Shown here piece by piece: positions 1 through 10,108 of a stretch of 64,000 nt of DNA. The notes under the pieces were generated by a model. The model was not told the DNA's origin, ran no database searches, and saw only the letters and a program-made list of their open reading frames with translations. Source of the stretch: a bacterium (lineage in GTDB: Bacteria > Electryoneota > RPQS01); assembly GCA_016721565.1 (NCBI GenBank), contig JADKHW010000006.1, forward strand, positions 31,286-95,285. The letters run 5' to 3'. A program made the translations under genes and the position numbers. The number at the start of each line of letters is the position of its first letter. Within the stretch, counting starts at the first letter, position 1.

Positions 1-1
1 G

Positions 2-793
2 TACCTGTCAGGTACACTGCGCACGCTAGTGGATATCAATCTGCTGTCTATCGATCAAGCAGCTTATTCCGAGTACATGCTGTCGCTCTCTGTGCCGTCC
101 TGTCTCTACATCGTTTCATCCAATCAGCTTAAGGGCTCGGTAATTCTCGAAGTGTCACCGCAATTCTCGCTTTTGGTTGTGGATCGGTTGTTAGGCGGAC
201 TTGGCACCCGACAAGAGATCATGCGCGAAATGACGATCATTGAACAGACGATTCTTCGCCGCGTCATTGAGTCCGGCTTATCCTCGCTCTCGGATGCGTG
301 GCGCACGGTGCATCCAATGTCATTGTATGTCGAATCATACGAAGCAAATCCGCAGTTCGTGCAGATTGCGCCAGCGTCTGAATCTGCGGTCGTAATTTCG
401 TGTGAAATTGTCATTCGGGATTTCACATATCCGATGAATCTGTGTTTTCCCTACTTTGTGCTCGAACCGTTGTTGGGCAATCTGTCCACTGGCTGGGCAA
501 ACATGACGACGAAACAGATTCATCCCGCAGAGAAAAATGAACTAATTGAACGTGTTCGTTTGAGCAAGTTGCCTGTGCGCGCTCAACTAGGTTCAACTAC
601 GATAACCATGCACGATTACCTATCGCTAAAGTTAGGGGACGTCGTGTTGCTCGATCAAAGAGTGGAAGACCCCGTTAAAGTGTGGGTAGATAGAAAAGTG
701 AAGTTCTGGGCAGAGCCTGGCAACTCAAAGTACCAACAAGCTATTCGCATAACGCGAGTTATTTCTGATCAAGAGGAGATAGTCCATGAGTGA
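2..793 (+). CDS. fliM: Flagellar motor switch protein FliM (5' partial; the frame is open to the window edge and the annotated GTG at 29 is not the true start)
   Basis: Frame open from position 2. CheC-like middle domain (VSPQFSLLVVDRLLGG) and C-terminal SpoA-like region. Followed by fliN with an 8-nt overlap. Confidence 0.85.
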   Translation, partial: YLSGTLRTLVDINLLSIDQAAYSEYMLSLSVPSCLYIVSSNQLKGSVILEVSPQFSLLVVDRLLGGLGTRQEIMREMTIIEQTILRRVIESGLSSLSDAWRTVHPMSLYVESYEANPQFVQIAPASESAVVISCEIVIRDFTYPMNLCFPYFVLEPLLGNLSTGWANMTTKQIHPAEKNELIERVRLSKLPVRAQLGSTTITMHDYLSLKLGDVVLLDQRVEDPVKVWVDRKVKFWAEPGNSKYQQAIRITRVISDQEEIVHE

Positions 794-1661
794 GACTTTT
801 CGTATTCCCGTAACCGAAGACTCGCGAATTCGTGCGGAAAAGCAGTTCGCGCTGCAGCTCTCGAAGAATCTCGGATCATATATCGAGCGACAGCTTGAAG
901 TTTCCGTAGACGGGCCGTATGCTTTTGATTTCAAGGAAGTCAAAGCTCTATTGCCCGGCGAAGTTGTTGCCTGCAGCGTTAGTACTGTGGATTTGTCAAT
1001 AGGACGAACGCAGTTCTTGATGAGCAAGCAAGTTGCAGCCGTTATCGCAGATCTTCTCAATATGGGCGATGGCTCGGCGCAATTTGTTGCTGAAGAGCAT
1101 CTTGAAACAGTGCGTGACTTGTTCAAAGAAACAGTTGGAGCATACTTCAGCGAAATTGGCAAGGGCGGCGGACCTCATCACATCGCAGAAGAAGCTCGCG
1201 CAGTTGTCATGGACATCTCACCGTCGGACTTTGTCGGCTCGTGGACTGTCAGTGTCTTGAACGCTGGACCCGATCCGGCACTCACGATTGTAAAGATAAC
1301 CAGTAACGAGCTGATAGATGCACTCTTCCCGCCAAAGAACTTGCCGAAGAAAAGCGCGAGCGGGAACGAGGGTGTTGAGCTTATTGATCCGATGCTCAAA
1401 AAAGAGATGAGCCTCGTGATGGATATTGAGCTACCTATCTCGATTGAGCTTGGCCGCACGCACATGTTGATTCGAGATATTGTCAAGCTATCCCCCGGTT
1501 CTGTGGTAGAATTGGACAAGCTCTCCGGTGAACCGGTTGACTTGTATGTGAACAGTAAGCGCTTTGCACGCGGCGAGGTCGTTGTTATTGAAGAGAACTT
1601 CGCGGTGCGCATTACTGAGTTGATTAACCCTGAAGAACGTTTCGCGAGCAGCAAGAACTAA
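786..1661 (+). CDS. fliN: Flagellar motor switch protein FliN/FliY (SpoA domain with N-terminal extension)
   Basis: C-terminal SpoA motif ELGRTHMLIRDIVKLSPGSVVELDKLSGEPVDLYVNSKRFARGEVVVIEENFAVRITE. Position after fliM. Confidence 0.85.
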   Translation: MSETFRIPVTEDSRIRAEKQFALQLSKNLGSYIERQLEVSVDGPYAFDFKEVKALLPGEVVACSVSTVDLSIGRTQFLMSKQVAAVIADLLNMGDGSAQFVAEEHLETVRDLFKETVGAYFSEIGKGGGPHHIAEEARAVVMDISPSDFVGSWTVSVLNAGPDPALTIVKITSNELIDALFPPKNLPKKSASGNEGVELIDPMLKKEMSLVMDIELPISIELGRTHMLIRDIVKLSPGSVVELDKLSGEPVDLYVNSKRFARGEVVVIEENFAVRITELINPEERFASSKN

Positions 1662-1663
1662 TA

Positions 1664-2005
1664 ATGGGTGTTGACGTTTTCAAAACCTTCGCGGCGCTGG
1701 CTTTTGTTCTCGGACTCATCTTTGTCCTGGCATGGGCCTATCGTAAATACCTTCCGACCGGTTCGCCGGTTGGCAAGGAGCAAGAGGGTTGGCGCGTGTT
1801 AGGCTCGCGCATGCTAGGCCCGGGCCGTCAGATTATTGTGATAGAAGTTGGGCATAAGCTGCTTTTGGTCGGCTTGACAAAAGAAAACATGAATAGTCTA
1901 ATGGAAATAGATTCTGATGAGGATCGCAAATTGGTGATTGATGCTCTTTCGAGCAAGCCATCCACTTCTTTTGCGGATATCCTGAAAAGGACCAAATCCG
2001 AGTGA
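1664..2005 (+). CDS. fliO: Flagellar biosynthesis protein FliO
   Basis: 113 aa with a single TM (FAALAFVLGLIFVLAWAY). Sits in the conserved position upstream of fliP, with a 4-nt overlap. Confidence 0.7.
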   Translation: MGVDVFKTFAALAFVLGLIFVLAWAYRKYLPTGSPVGKEQEGWRVLGSRMLGPGRQIIVIEVGHKLLLVGLTKENMNSLMEIDSDEDRKLVIDALSSKPSTSFADILKRTKSE

Positions 2006-2646
2006 AGCGTTCATTGATTTTCCTCGGGCTTCTCTTGTTTGCGTCGCAGGTATTTGCACAAGCGCTGCCGACAATCTCATTGCAAGTGGACAGCAGTCCG
2101 GATCCCGCGAAGACTGTGACGACGCTACAAATCGTCGGTTTGATGACGATGTTGGCCCTCGCACCGGCGTTGGTCTTGATGATGACAAGCTTTACGCGCA
2201 TCATCATCGTATTTCACTTCCTGCGGCAGGCGATGGGTGCTGCGCAGGTCCCGCCCGCGCAATTGATGGTGGGATTGGCCCTCATTCTCACGTTTTACAT
2301 TATGTCTCCCGCGATTAATGAGGCCAACACGAAGGGTTTGCAACCTTATATGCGTGGCGAAATTGAACAGAAACAGGCATGGGAATCTGCCTCGAAGCCA
2401 TTTAAAGAATTTATGCTTCGGCAAGTTCGTGAAAAAGACCTTGCACTATTTGCCCAAATGGCGAACGACACCGCGCCTGCAAATCTTTCTGAAATTGGTA
2501 TGTCAGTGCTTCTGCCTGCTTACGTTGTGAGTGAATTGCGGATCGCTTTCCAAATTGGCTTTGTAATTTATCTTCCGTTCCTAATTATAGATATGGTGGT
2601 TTCATCTGTACTGCTCGCAATGGGAATGATGATGCTCCGCCCGTAA
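2002..2646 (+). CDS. fliP: Flagellar export apparatus protein FliP
   Basis: Signal peptide plus the conserved FliP core ([29 protein letters not shown]...[19 protein letters not shown]). Confidence 0.9.
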   Translation: MKRSLIFLGLLLFASQVFAQALPTISLQVDSSPDPAKTVTTLQIVGLMTMLALAPALVLMMTSFTRIIIVFHFLRQAMGAAQVPPAQLMVGLALILTFYIMSPAINEANTKGLQPYMRGEIEQKQAWESASKPFKEFMLRQVREKDLALFAQMANDTAPANLSEIGMSVLLPAYVVSELRIAFQIGFVIYLPFLIIDMVVSSVLLAMGMMMLRP

Positions 2647-2743
2647 CGGTAAGTTTGCCGTTCAAAATCCTCTTATTTGTGATGGTCGACGGCTGGTATC
2701 TATTGGTTCAATCGCTTGTAAAGAGTTTTCACTAAGGAATGTC

Positions 2744-3013
2744 ATGACACAAGAACTTGCCGCATATCTCACTAGTCAAGCGCTAACTACTGCGTTGATC
2801 GTCAGTGCGCCAATGCTGTTGGCAGGAATGATCGTCGGTATTGCCGTGTCGATTTTTCAAGCGGTGACGCAAATTAATGAAATGACACTGGCCTTTGTGC
2901 CGAAGATTGTCGTTACAGCCCTTGCATTGCTGATCTTTATGCAATGGATGGCGGCTAAACTTGTAGATTTCATGCAGTACATTTTTGCACTTATTCCCAG
3001 TATCGCAAAATGA
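2744..3013 (+). CDS. fliQ: Flagellar export apparatus protein FliQ
   Basis: 89 aa, two TM helices, typical FliQ sequence (AVTQINEMTLAFVPKIVV). Confidence 0.9.
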   Translation: MTQELAAYLTSQALTTALIVSAPMLLAGMIVGIAVSIFQAVTQINEMTLAFVPKIVVTALALLIFMQWMAAKLVDFMQYIFALIPSIAK

Positions 3014-3864
3014 AGTCACGTGAAGAAATTGCTGAAACTCTGCGCGGCATCAAAAACCTGCCAACGTTACCCGACGTTGCCACGAAGGTCTTACAACTAT
3101 CGGAAGATCCCGATGTGTCACAAAAGGACATTGCTGACGCAGTCGAGTGTGATCCGGCGATTGCAACGCGCTTGTTGAAGCTGGTAAACTCGCCGTATTT
3201 TGGCATTCGCGGCACTGTGACGAGCATTCAGCAGTCCTTGGTGTTCTTGGGGGTCTCTAATTTGCGCAATTTGGTGCTCTCTACGAGTGTGATGGATCTC
3301 TTCAGTCAAGATGGTGAAGTAGGTTCATACGCGCGCCGAGGTTTGTGGGTGCACTCGATGGCAACCGCACTCACCGCACGTGAGTTGTCGAGAAAGATGC
3401 GCGTGTCTGACTCTGAAGTTGCGTTTACCGCCGGTCTCATCCATGATGTCGGCAAGGTTGTTCTTGACAAGTATTTTCACGAGGAATTTAAACGCATCGT
3501 TGAATTAATGGATGCGCATAATGCGTCCATGATGGATGCGGAAACGGCCGTGCTCGGAATGAACCATGCTGAAGTTGGCTTATACATGGCTCACATGTGG
3601 TCGCTTCCCGAGGTTTTGGTGGACGCGGTTGGTTGTCATCATGCACCGCGCTCCGCTCGGAAAGATCCACAACTTGCCGCACTGATCGGGTATGCTGATC
3701 ACGTTGTGCGTATGCTCCAACTTGGAAATGGCGGAGGCGAGGCACCAGAGCTTGATGATCAGTTCCAAGCAGCACTGCCATTACCAGATGGAGCTCTTGA
3801 ACAATTCTGCGAAGAAGCGGGCGAGTCGCTTGAAGAGCAGGTCAATTCGCTCGTCGGACTGTAA
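3010..3864 (+). CDS. HDOD-domain protein (HD-related output domain) embedded in the flagellar export operon
   Basis: N-terminal HDOD signature (LPTLPDVATKVLQLSEDPDVSQKDIADAVECDPAIATRLLKLVNSPYFG...) and HD-like motif (GLIHDVGK). ATGA overlap with the fliQ stop. The stop lies 6 nt before fliR. Confidence 0.75.
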   Translation: MKSREEIAETLRGIKNLPTLPDVATKVLQLSEDPDVSQKDIADAVECDPAIATRLLKLVNSPYFGIRGTVTSIQQSLVFLGVSNLRNLVLSTSVMDLFSQDGEVGSYARRGLWVHSMATALTARELSRKMRVSDSEVAFTAGLIHDVGKVVLDKYFHEEFKRIVELMDAHNASMMDAETAVLGMNHAEVGLYMAHMWSLPEVLVDAVGCHHAPRSARKDPQLAALIGYADHVVRMLQLGNGGGEAPELDDQFQAALPLPDGALEQFCEEAGESLEEQVNSLVGL

Positions 3865-3870
3865 GCTTTT

Positions 3871-4653
3871 ATGGAATTGCCGTTCAGTCTCTCCTCGATT
3901 GAGCACTTCGTTCTAATCTTTATTCGCATTGCATCTGCTCTGGCAGTATTGCCGATCTTTCGGCATCGCTCAGTGCCTGCCTCGCTTAAAGCAGGACTTG
4001 CTCTTTCGTTGACATTTCTGATTGCACCGACCATTGCGCCAGCGTCGACGCACCCGAGTGGAACGATTGCCGACTATTTGGTGATGGGGCTCAGCGAGAC
4101 AGTATGCGGGTTGTTGATGGGGTTTGCTGGACAGTTTGTGTTCTATGCTATCGAAATTTGCGGTAGGATTCTAGGTTTGCAATCGGGGCTTTCGATTGTT
4201 GCGACAATTGATCCAAATAGCGAACAGCAGAGCGACGTATTAACGCAAATCTATGAATTGCTTGCAATGCTCGTCTTTCTGTCTCTTGACGGACATTTGA
4301 TGATGCTGCAAGCTCTTCGCTCGAGCTTTGACACAATCGGGATCGGATCTGTTGCAATCGACGGCAAACTTGCGGAGTGGTCGGTAGCGCAAGCCGGAAT
4401 CGTTCTATCGCGAGGTATTCAGTTGGCCGCACCGATGATGGTGACTCTATTCTTGAGCGATGTGGCACTCGGAATTCTTACGCGAGTTGCGCCGACCATG
4501 AACGTCTTTGTTCTTGGGTTTCCGCTTAAAATCGGAATCACACTTCTATTTGCGTCACTAACAGCCAGCACGGTTGCAGCAATCTTCGCATCACAGTACA
4601 GTCAGTTCATGCAAGAGATGCCGACTTTCTTACGGATTCTATCCGGACACTAG
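3871..4653 (+). CDS. fliR: Flagellar export apparatus protein FliR
   Basis: 260-aa polytopic membrane protein in the conserved position. N-terminus FVLIFIRIASALAVLPIF is typical of FliR. Confidence 0.85.
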   Translation: MELPFSLSSIEHFVLIFIRIASALAVLPIFRHRSVPASLKAGLALSLTFLIAPTIAPASTHPSGTIADYLVMGLSETVCGLLMGFAGQFVFYAIEICGRILGLQSGLSIVATIDPNSEQQSDVLTQIYELLAMLVFLSLDGHLMMLQALRSSFDTIGIGSVAIDGKLAEWSVAQAGIVLSRGIQLAAPMMVTLFLSDVALGILTRVAPTMNVFVLGFPLKIGITLLFASLTASTVAAIFASQYSQFMQEMPTFLRILSGH

Positions 4654-4656
4654 CTC

Positions 4657-5727
4657 ATGTTTGATCGCGATTCAAGAACAGAAGCACCATCCCCTCGGCG
4701 GCGCCAACAGGCGCGCGAGAAAGGTTCGGTTGCTCGGTCGCAGGATTTGAACTCGGCGGTTCTCCTACTGGGTGCGGCAATGACGCTATCGTTCATTGGG
4801 GCCGGGATGATTGATGGACTGGGCGAGATTTTGAAATCGCTGATTCGTCAGGCCGGGACGGTGAAATTCGATGACGCGAGTACTGCAATTCTTATTCGCC
4901 GGCAGGTGTTTGCGGTTGCCAAAATCCTCCTGCCATTCCTCCTGACGATCATGATCATCGGAGTGCTGGTCAATGTGACTCAGGTCGGGTTTCACATCTC
5001 TTGGAAGGCTGCCGCGCCAAAGTGGGAACGGCTGAATCCGATTACCGGTTTTCAACGATTCTTTTCTGTTCGCTCTTTGGTTGAGTTAGGTAAGAGTATA
5101 CTCAAACTGCTATTTGTCGGTTTGGCGCTCTATTTCACGCTACAAACTGCTTCATTGCAAACGCCGTGGATGTTCTTCATGCCGACCAATCAGATTATCG
5201 GCGAGATGGGTCGTTTACTTAATGATCTGTTCTTTGCTGCGGCGATGGCGTTGCTTGCGATTGGTTTAGCAGACCTCTTTTATCAGCGATGGGACCACGA
5301 ACAGTCGCTCAAGATGACCAAAGAAGAGGTTAAAGAAGAGGCCAAACAGCAGGAAGGCGATCCCAAGGTCAAAGGCAAGATACGCGAATTGATGATCCGC
5401 TCGTCGCTCAAGCGCATGATGAAGAGTGTGCCCGAGGCGGACGTTGTTATTACTAACCCTGTTCACCTTGCAGTAGCCATTAAATATGACCGCGCACAGA
5501 ATTCGGCTCCAATTGTTGTTGCGAAGGGCGCGCGAAAGGTTGCTGAGCGCATCAAAGAGATTGCCGCCGAGAACGGCGTACCGATAGTTGAGAACAAACC
5601 TCTGGCTCGCGCATTGTTTAAGTCAGTAGACATTGGAATGGAAAGACCAGTTGATTTGTATAAAGCGGTTGCAGAAGTGTTAGCGTACGTGTATCGAATT
5701 AAGAACAAATTCTTCGGAGTGGCATAG
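4657..5727 (+). CDS. flhB: Flagellar export switch protein FlhB
   Basis: N-terminal charged region, 4 TM helices, autocleavage motif NPVH (ITNPVHLAVAIKYD), C-terminal domain. Confidence 0.9.
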   Translation: MFDRDSRTEAPSPRRRQQAREKGSVARSQDLNSAVLLLGAAMTLSFIGAGMIDGLGEILKSLIRQAGTVKFDDASTAILIRRQVFAVAKILLPFLLTIMIIGVLVNVTQVGFHISWKAAAPKWERLNPITGFQRFFSVRSLVELGKSILKLLFVGLALYFTLQTASLQTPWMFFMPTNQIIGEMGRLLNDLFFAAAMALLAIGLADLFYQRWDHEQSLKMTKEEVKEEAKQQEGDPKVKGKIRELMIRSSLKRMMKSVPEADVVITNPVHLAVAIKYDRAQNSAPIVVAKGARKVAERIKEIAAENGVPIVENKPLARALFKSVDIGMERPVDLYKAVAEVLAYVYRIKNKFFGVA

Positions 5728-5733
5728 TCCTAA

Positions 5734-7827
5734 ATGAGCACCGCCGCCGCAACCAATACTGTGAAGAAAGAGGGCAGCAGTACTCTCAGCACTCTGCTCA
5801 AGCAGAGCGACGTTATCATGGCGTTGGCCCTGGTGGCTATTGTCGTTGTGATGATTATTCCGATTCCGCCGTTCTTGCTGGATATCGCGCTGGCTTGTTC
5901 GATTACAATTTCGCTGGCGATCTTATTAACGGCTTTGTATGTCGAAGAGCCGCTTAAGTTTTCCGTATTCCCCGGTTTGTTGCTTGTCGTCACGCTATTC
6001 CGCCTGGCCCTGAACGTTGCCAGTACGCGACTTATTCTTGGCGAAGGTAACGCAGGTTCAATTATTACCGCATTCGGAAACTTCGTTGTCGGGGGAAACT
6101 ACTTTGTCGGTTTGGTGATCTTCATTGTGTTGGTAGTCATCAACTTGATCGTCATCACAAAAGGTTCCGGCCGTATTGCCGAAGTTGCCGCAAGATTTAC
6201 GTTGGACGCTATGCCCGGTAAACAGATGGCCATCGACGCCGATCTCAATCAGGGCATGATAGATGAAGCCGAGGCTCGCAAGCGCCGCGAGAAAATCGCC
6301 CGCGAGGCGGACTTCTACGGAGCGATGGATGGTGCCTCAAAATTTGTGCGCGGAGACGCGGTTGCCGGGTTGCTCATTACTGCAATCAATATCGTCGGCG
6401 GATTTGCGGTCGGTATGATTCAGATGGGCATGTCTTGGCAAGATTCTGCCTCGACGTTCACGATTCTAACTGTTGGTGATGGCTTGGTGGCTCAGATCCC
6501 TGCACTCTTGATTTCGGTTGCGAGTGGTATCATTGTCACGCGCGCCGCGACTCAAGGTAATCTTGGCTCGGATATCGTAGGACAGTTACTTGGTTATCCG
6601 CGTGCATTATTTATCTCGGCAGGCGTGTTAGCGCTGTTCGCATTTACTCCCGGCCTTCCGACCGTACCGTTTCTCGTTTTGGCTGCAGCAACATTTGCCC
6701 TGGCGCGCGTTAGCGAATCAAAGCGAATTGAAGCCGAAAAAGAGCCCGAGAGCAATAAGCCTGCACAACAAAAGCCGCAAGACCGATTGGAAGATTATGT
6801 GCTAGTCGATCCGCTCGAAGTTCAAATTGGGTATGGCTTGATTCCGCTTGTGGAAGGCGGGCCCGGCGGAGATTTGTTGGATCGCATCACTGTTTTGCGT
6901 AAGCAGATGGCCGCCGATACTGGTTTCGTCATTCCACCTGTTCGTATTCGGGACAACACGCAGCTTGCCCCGAACGTTTACATCATTCGCGTTCGTGGCA
7001 GTGAAGCCGCTCGCGGTGAAGTTCGACCGGGTATGATGATGGCCTTGTCTAGCGGGGACGGAAATATGAAGATTGAAGGCATTCCCACACGCGATCCAAG
7101 CTTTGGTTTGCCTGCAATCTGGATTAACCGCGAGCAGAAAGAGCTTGCGCAATCGCGCGGCTACACGGTTGTCGAACCTGCGGCAGTTGTCTCGACGCAT
7201 CTGTCAGAATTGTTGAAAGTCGAAGGTTATCGCTTGATGTCGCGTGAACTTGTGCAAGAGCTGCTGGATGCCGTGAAGCGTACGCATAAGGCAGTCATTG
7301 ATGAGATCATTCCCGGCCAGCTTGGTATTGGACAGGTGCAGAAGGTCTTGCAGAATCTGTTGCGCGAAGGTTTGCCGATTCGTGATATGGGTACCATTCT
7401 CGAAACGCTGGCCGACTATGCACCGATGACTAAAGATCCTGAGTACTTGACGGAAGCCGTGCGTGCTGCCTTGTCTAAAGCCATTGCTGAGAAGTATGAA
7501 GACGAGCCGGGCAGTCTGTCCGCTTTGACAATGGAACCAAAGCTTGAGCAGATGATTTCGGACGGCTTACGAACCGCTGCGAAAGAGGGTTCTGATTTCG
7601 CGTTGCCGACTGCCGTGACTCATAAACTATTGGGCACGCTTAAGCAAATGGGGCAGGGCATGTTGAATCGCGGATTCCAGCCGATTGTCGTGACCGCTCC
7701 CGGTACGCGTACGTTTCTGAAGAAACTGCTTGAAGTAGATCAGCCGAATCTGATAGTGCTCTCGACAGCGGAGCTTCCGCCTTCGACGAGAATTCAGCCG
7801 ATGGGTATTGTGAAGATTGAAGGATAA
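5734..7827 (+). CDS. flhA: Flagellar export gate protein FlhA
   Basis: 697 aa. TM N-domain with FHIPG-like loop region and a large cytoplasmic C-domain. Strong FlhA family resemblance throughout. Confidence 0.95.
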   Translation: MSTAAATNTVKKEGSSTLSTLLKQSDVIMALALVAIVVVMIIPIPPFLLDIALACSITISLAILLTALYVEEPLKFSVFPGLLLVVTLFRLALNVASTRLILGEGNAGSIITAFGNFVVGGNYFVGLVIFIVLVVINLIVITKGSGRIAEVAARFTLDAMPGKQMAIDADLNQGMIDEAEARKRREKIAREADFYGAMDGASKFVRGDAVAGLLITAINIVGGFAVGMIQMGMSWQDSASTFTILTVGDGLVAQIPALLISVASGIIVTRAATQGNLGSDIVGQLLGYPRALFISAGVLALFAFTPGLPTVPFLVLAAATFALARVSESKRIEAEKEPESNKPAQQKPQDRLEDYVLVDPLEVQIGYGLIPLVEGGPGGDLLDRITVLRKQMAADTGFVIPPVRIRDNTQLAPNVYIIRVRGSEAARGEVRPGMMMALSSGDGNMKIEGIPTRDPSFGLPAIWINREQKELAQSRGYTVVEPAAVVSTHLSELLKVEGYRLMSRELVQELLDAVKRTHKAVIDEIIPGQLGIGQVQKVLQNLLREGLPIRDMGTILETLADYAPMTKDPEYLTEAVRAALSKAIAEKYEDEPGSLSALTMEPKLEQMISDGLRTAAKEGSDFALPTAVTHKLLGTLKQMGQGMLNRGFQPIVVTAPGTRTFLKKLLEVDQPNLIVLSTAELPPSTRIQPMGIVKIEG

Positions 7828-7833
7828 CCGACC

Positions 7834-9033
7834 ATGACGACTCGTACATTTACAGGCCGCAATTTCGCCGAAGCCATTTCCAAAGTGAAAAAAGAGCTGG
7901 GCGAAGATGCTGTCATCCTGAAATCTGAGAAGAAAACCAGCGCGAACTCGTTCGGTTTGGGCGGGCGGGCGATCTTCGAAGTGACGGCCGCGGACTCGCG
8001 CGAACTTAAAGCAGACCTTGAAAATGGCACCGAATTTGCCAATGAACTGTCTGTGCAACTTAAAGATGAGACACCGGGGCGTGTACCGCCCAGCCAGAAT
8101 TACGAGATGGCCCTCCTGAGGTCGGAGGTCACCGCACTGCGCGATCAACTGTCAGATATCGTTAAGCACTTTAGGTATAGTAATTTACCTTCCATGCCGG
8201 AGTCCCTATCTCGGTCCCTCACGCAGATGACTGAGGCCGGAATTGAGAAGGAACTGGCAACTGACTTAACCGCTGAGGCACTGGTCCAACTGGGTCCGGA
8301 TGCACTAATGTCGGCGGAAGAGATTTCCACATTTGTTATAGCAAAGATGAGTCGGATTGCCCCTCCGGCGGTCAATCGAGTCGCACCTCGCAACGGCAAG
8401 CCGTTCAAGGTAGCCTTAGTTGGAGCGCCGGGAGCCGGGAAGACCTCGACCTTACAGAAGCTTGCAACAGATCCCGAAGGCTACGGTAAACTGAAGATTG
8501 GTCTTATCTCGCTTGATACGCACCGCATGGCTGCGATTGAGCAGCTCAGGACATTCGCTCGAGTCTCTGGTTTGCCGCTCGAAATTGCATACACTCCCAA
8601 AGATATTCCTGCGGCGATGAACAAGATGGCCGGCGTGCAGATCATTTTGATTGACACTCCGGGATGTTCGCCGGGTGAAGATCAGAGAATGCAGGATCTG
8701 TCTGCACTGCTTGAAGCTTTGGAGCCGGATGAAACTCATTTGCTGCTCAATGCCACCACTCGAGTGCAAGAGCAAGCCGCCGTTGCCCGCCGTTTCCAGC
8801 AGATTGGAATTACGCACTTAAGTTTGACACGTCTTGATGAGAGCCAACAGCCCGGTGCCCTTGTGACCATATCACAAATGGCTAAGAAGCCAATTGCATG
8901 GCTGACCACCGGACAGAAATTCGTAAGCCAAATCGAGCGCTACCGTCCAGACTGGCTCCGTAGCAAGGTATTTGAATCAAGTTATTCTTCACGCGCGTTC
9001 ACGCCGCTGAAATCCACTGCTTCACACGCTTAA
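7834..9033 (+). CDS. flhF: Flagellar SRP-type GTPase FlhF
   Basis: P-loop LVGAPGAGKTSTLQKLA, DTPG (ILIDTPGCSP), SRP54-type GTPase layout. Confidence 0.9.
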   Translation: MTTRTFTGRNFAEAISKVKKELGEDAVILKSEKKTSANSFGLGGRAIFEVTAADSRELKADLENGTEFANELSVQLKDETPGRVPPSQNYEMALLRSEVTALRDQLSDIVKHFRYSNLPSMPESLSRSLTQMTEAGIEKELATDLTAEALVQLGPDALMSAEEISTFVIAKMSRIAPPAVNRVAPRNGKPFKVALVGAPGAGKTSTLQKLATDPEGYGKLKIGLISLDTHRMAAIEQLRTFARVSGLPLEIAYTPKDIPAAMNKMAGVQIILIDTPGCSPGEDQRMQDLSALLEALEPDETHLLLNATTRVQEQAAVARRFQQIGITHLSLTRLDESQQPGALVTISQMAKKPIAWLTTGQKFVSQIERYRPDWLRSKVFESSYSSRAFTPLKSTASHA

Positions 9034-9040
9034 TCCGAAA

Positions 9041-9301
9041 ATGGGTAAGAAGACTACGTCCGCATTGCATGATTTGTTTGTCGCGCTCCGGCGAGTCATT
9101 GTGCTTGTAATAGCGGCGTTCGGACTGGCGATGGGTTGGCGGCTGCCAGTCGTGGGCGCGCGAGTGCTTGTTCTTTGGGGGATGCTTGTCATACTATCGA
9201 ACGCGGCGGAAATTCTCTTTCAGTACCTCAGCCATCGTGCACTGATCCAACAGAGCATGCAAGGCGGAACCGACACCAGCGGAGGAGCGGCGCGCTCCTA
9301 A
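9041..9301 (+). CDS. Small two-TM hypothetical membrane protein (sits where flhG/fleN would normally be)
   Basis: 86-aa ORF with two hydrophobic helices between flhF and fliA. No recognisable domain. Confidence 0.35.
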   Translation: MGKKTTSALHDLFVALRRVIVLVIAAFGLAMGWRLPVVGARVLVLWGMLVILSNAAEILFQYLSHRALIQQSMQGGTDTSGGAARS

Positions 9302-9310
9302 TTTCTCGCG

Positions 9311-10078
9311 ATGAAAGCCATCAATACGGCCGCAAAAAGTTGGGAAGCATACGTTCGCACTCAGAGTCCTGAGTTGCGCGAACAGCTCCTGATGGAGTAT
9401 TTGCCGATGGTGCGCAGATTGGCCACGCGTTTTCTGGGTACGCTGCCCAAAAGCGTTAGGTTGGATGATTTGGTATCTGCCGGAGTGATGGGCCTGCTGG
9501 CCTCGATTGACAATTTTGATCCGACGCTGGGAATCAAGTTTGAGACTTATGCCATGACGCGCATTCGCGGGGCAATGGTAGATAGCCTAAGAGAGTTGGA
9601 TTGGGTTCCGCGTTCAATTCGCCAAAAGGCCCGCAAGCTCGAGCAGGCGGTTGATCAAATCACCCGCAAAGTTGGTCGTTCGCCGGAAGACGCCGAACTG
9701 GCCGAACACTTGGGTTTGAATGTCGAAGAATATCGCGAACTGCTTGACGAAGTGAACGTTGCCGTGCTACTTTCGCTTGACGACACGCTCAAAGGCCAAG
9801 ACGGCAGTGAATCCTACCTTTCTGATTCCACTCCGGATCATACGACTAACGGACAAGACGAACAGCTTGAAGAGCAGGAGGTTCGCGACCTGTTGGTTGA
9901 CGGTCTGCGTGATATGCCCGAGCAAGAACGGCTCGTTGTCGCACTCTATTATTACGAAGAATTAACTCTTAAAGAAATTGGCGAGATTTTAGGACTTACT
10001 GAGTCACGCGTCTCGCAGATACATTCGAAGGCTTTGTTGGTATTGCGTGCGCGGGTCAGAGCGCGCCTGTTAAAGTAG
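9311..10078 (+). CDS. fliA: Flagellar sigma factor sigma-28 (FliA/WhiG)
   Basis: Sigma70 regions 2, 3 and 4 (YAMTRIRGAMVDSLRELDWVPRSIRQ...LTLKEIGEILGLTESRVSQIHSKALLVLR). Confidence 0.9.
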   Translation: MKAINTAAKSWEAYVRTQSPELREQLLMEYLPMVRRLATRFLGTLPKSVRLDDLVSAGVMGLLASIDNFDPTLGIKFETYAMTRIRGAMVDSLRELDWVPRSIRQKARKLEQAVDQITRKVGRSPEDAELAEHLGLNVEEYRELLDEVNVAVLLSLDDTLKGQDGSESYLSDSTPDHTTNGQDEQLEEQEVRDLLVDGLRDMPEQERLVVALYYYEELTLKEIGEILGLTESRVSQIHSKALLVLRARVRARLLK

Positions 10079-10108
10079 AATTTAATCACTGACAGACGGA
10101 GGAAAAGG

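Noticed and set aside
1178-1654. 158-aa ORF on the minus strand
   Set aside because: Antisense to the fliN/fliY SpoA domain. It is Ser-rich low complexity and was judged spurious.
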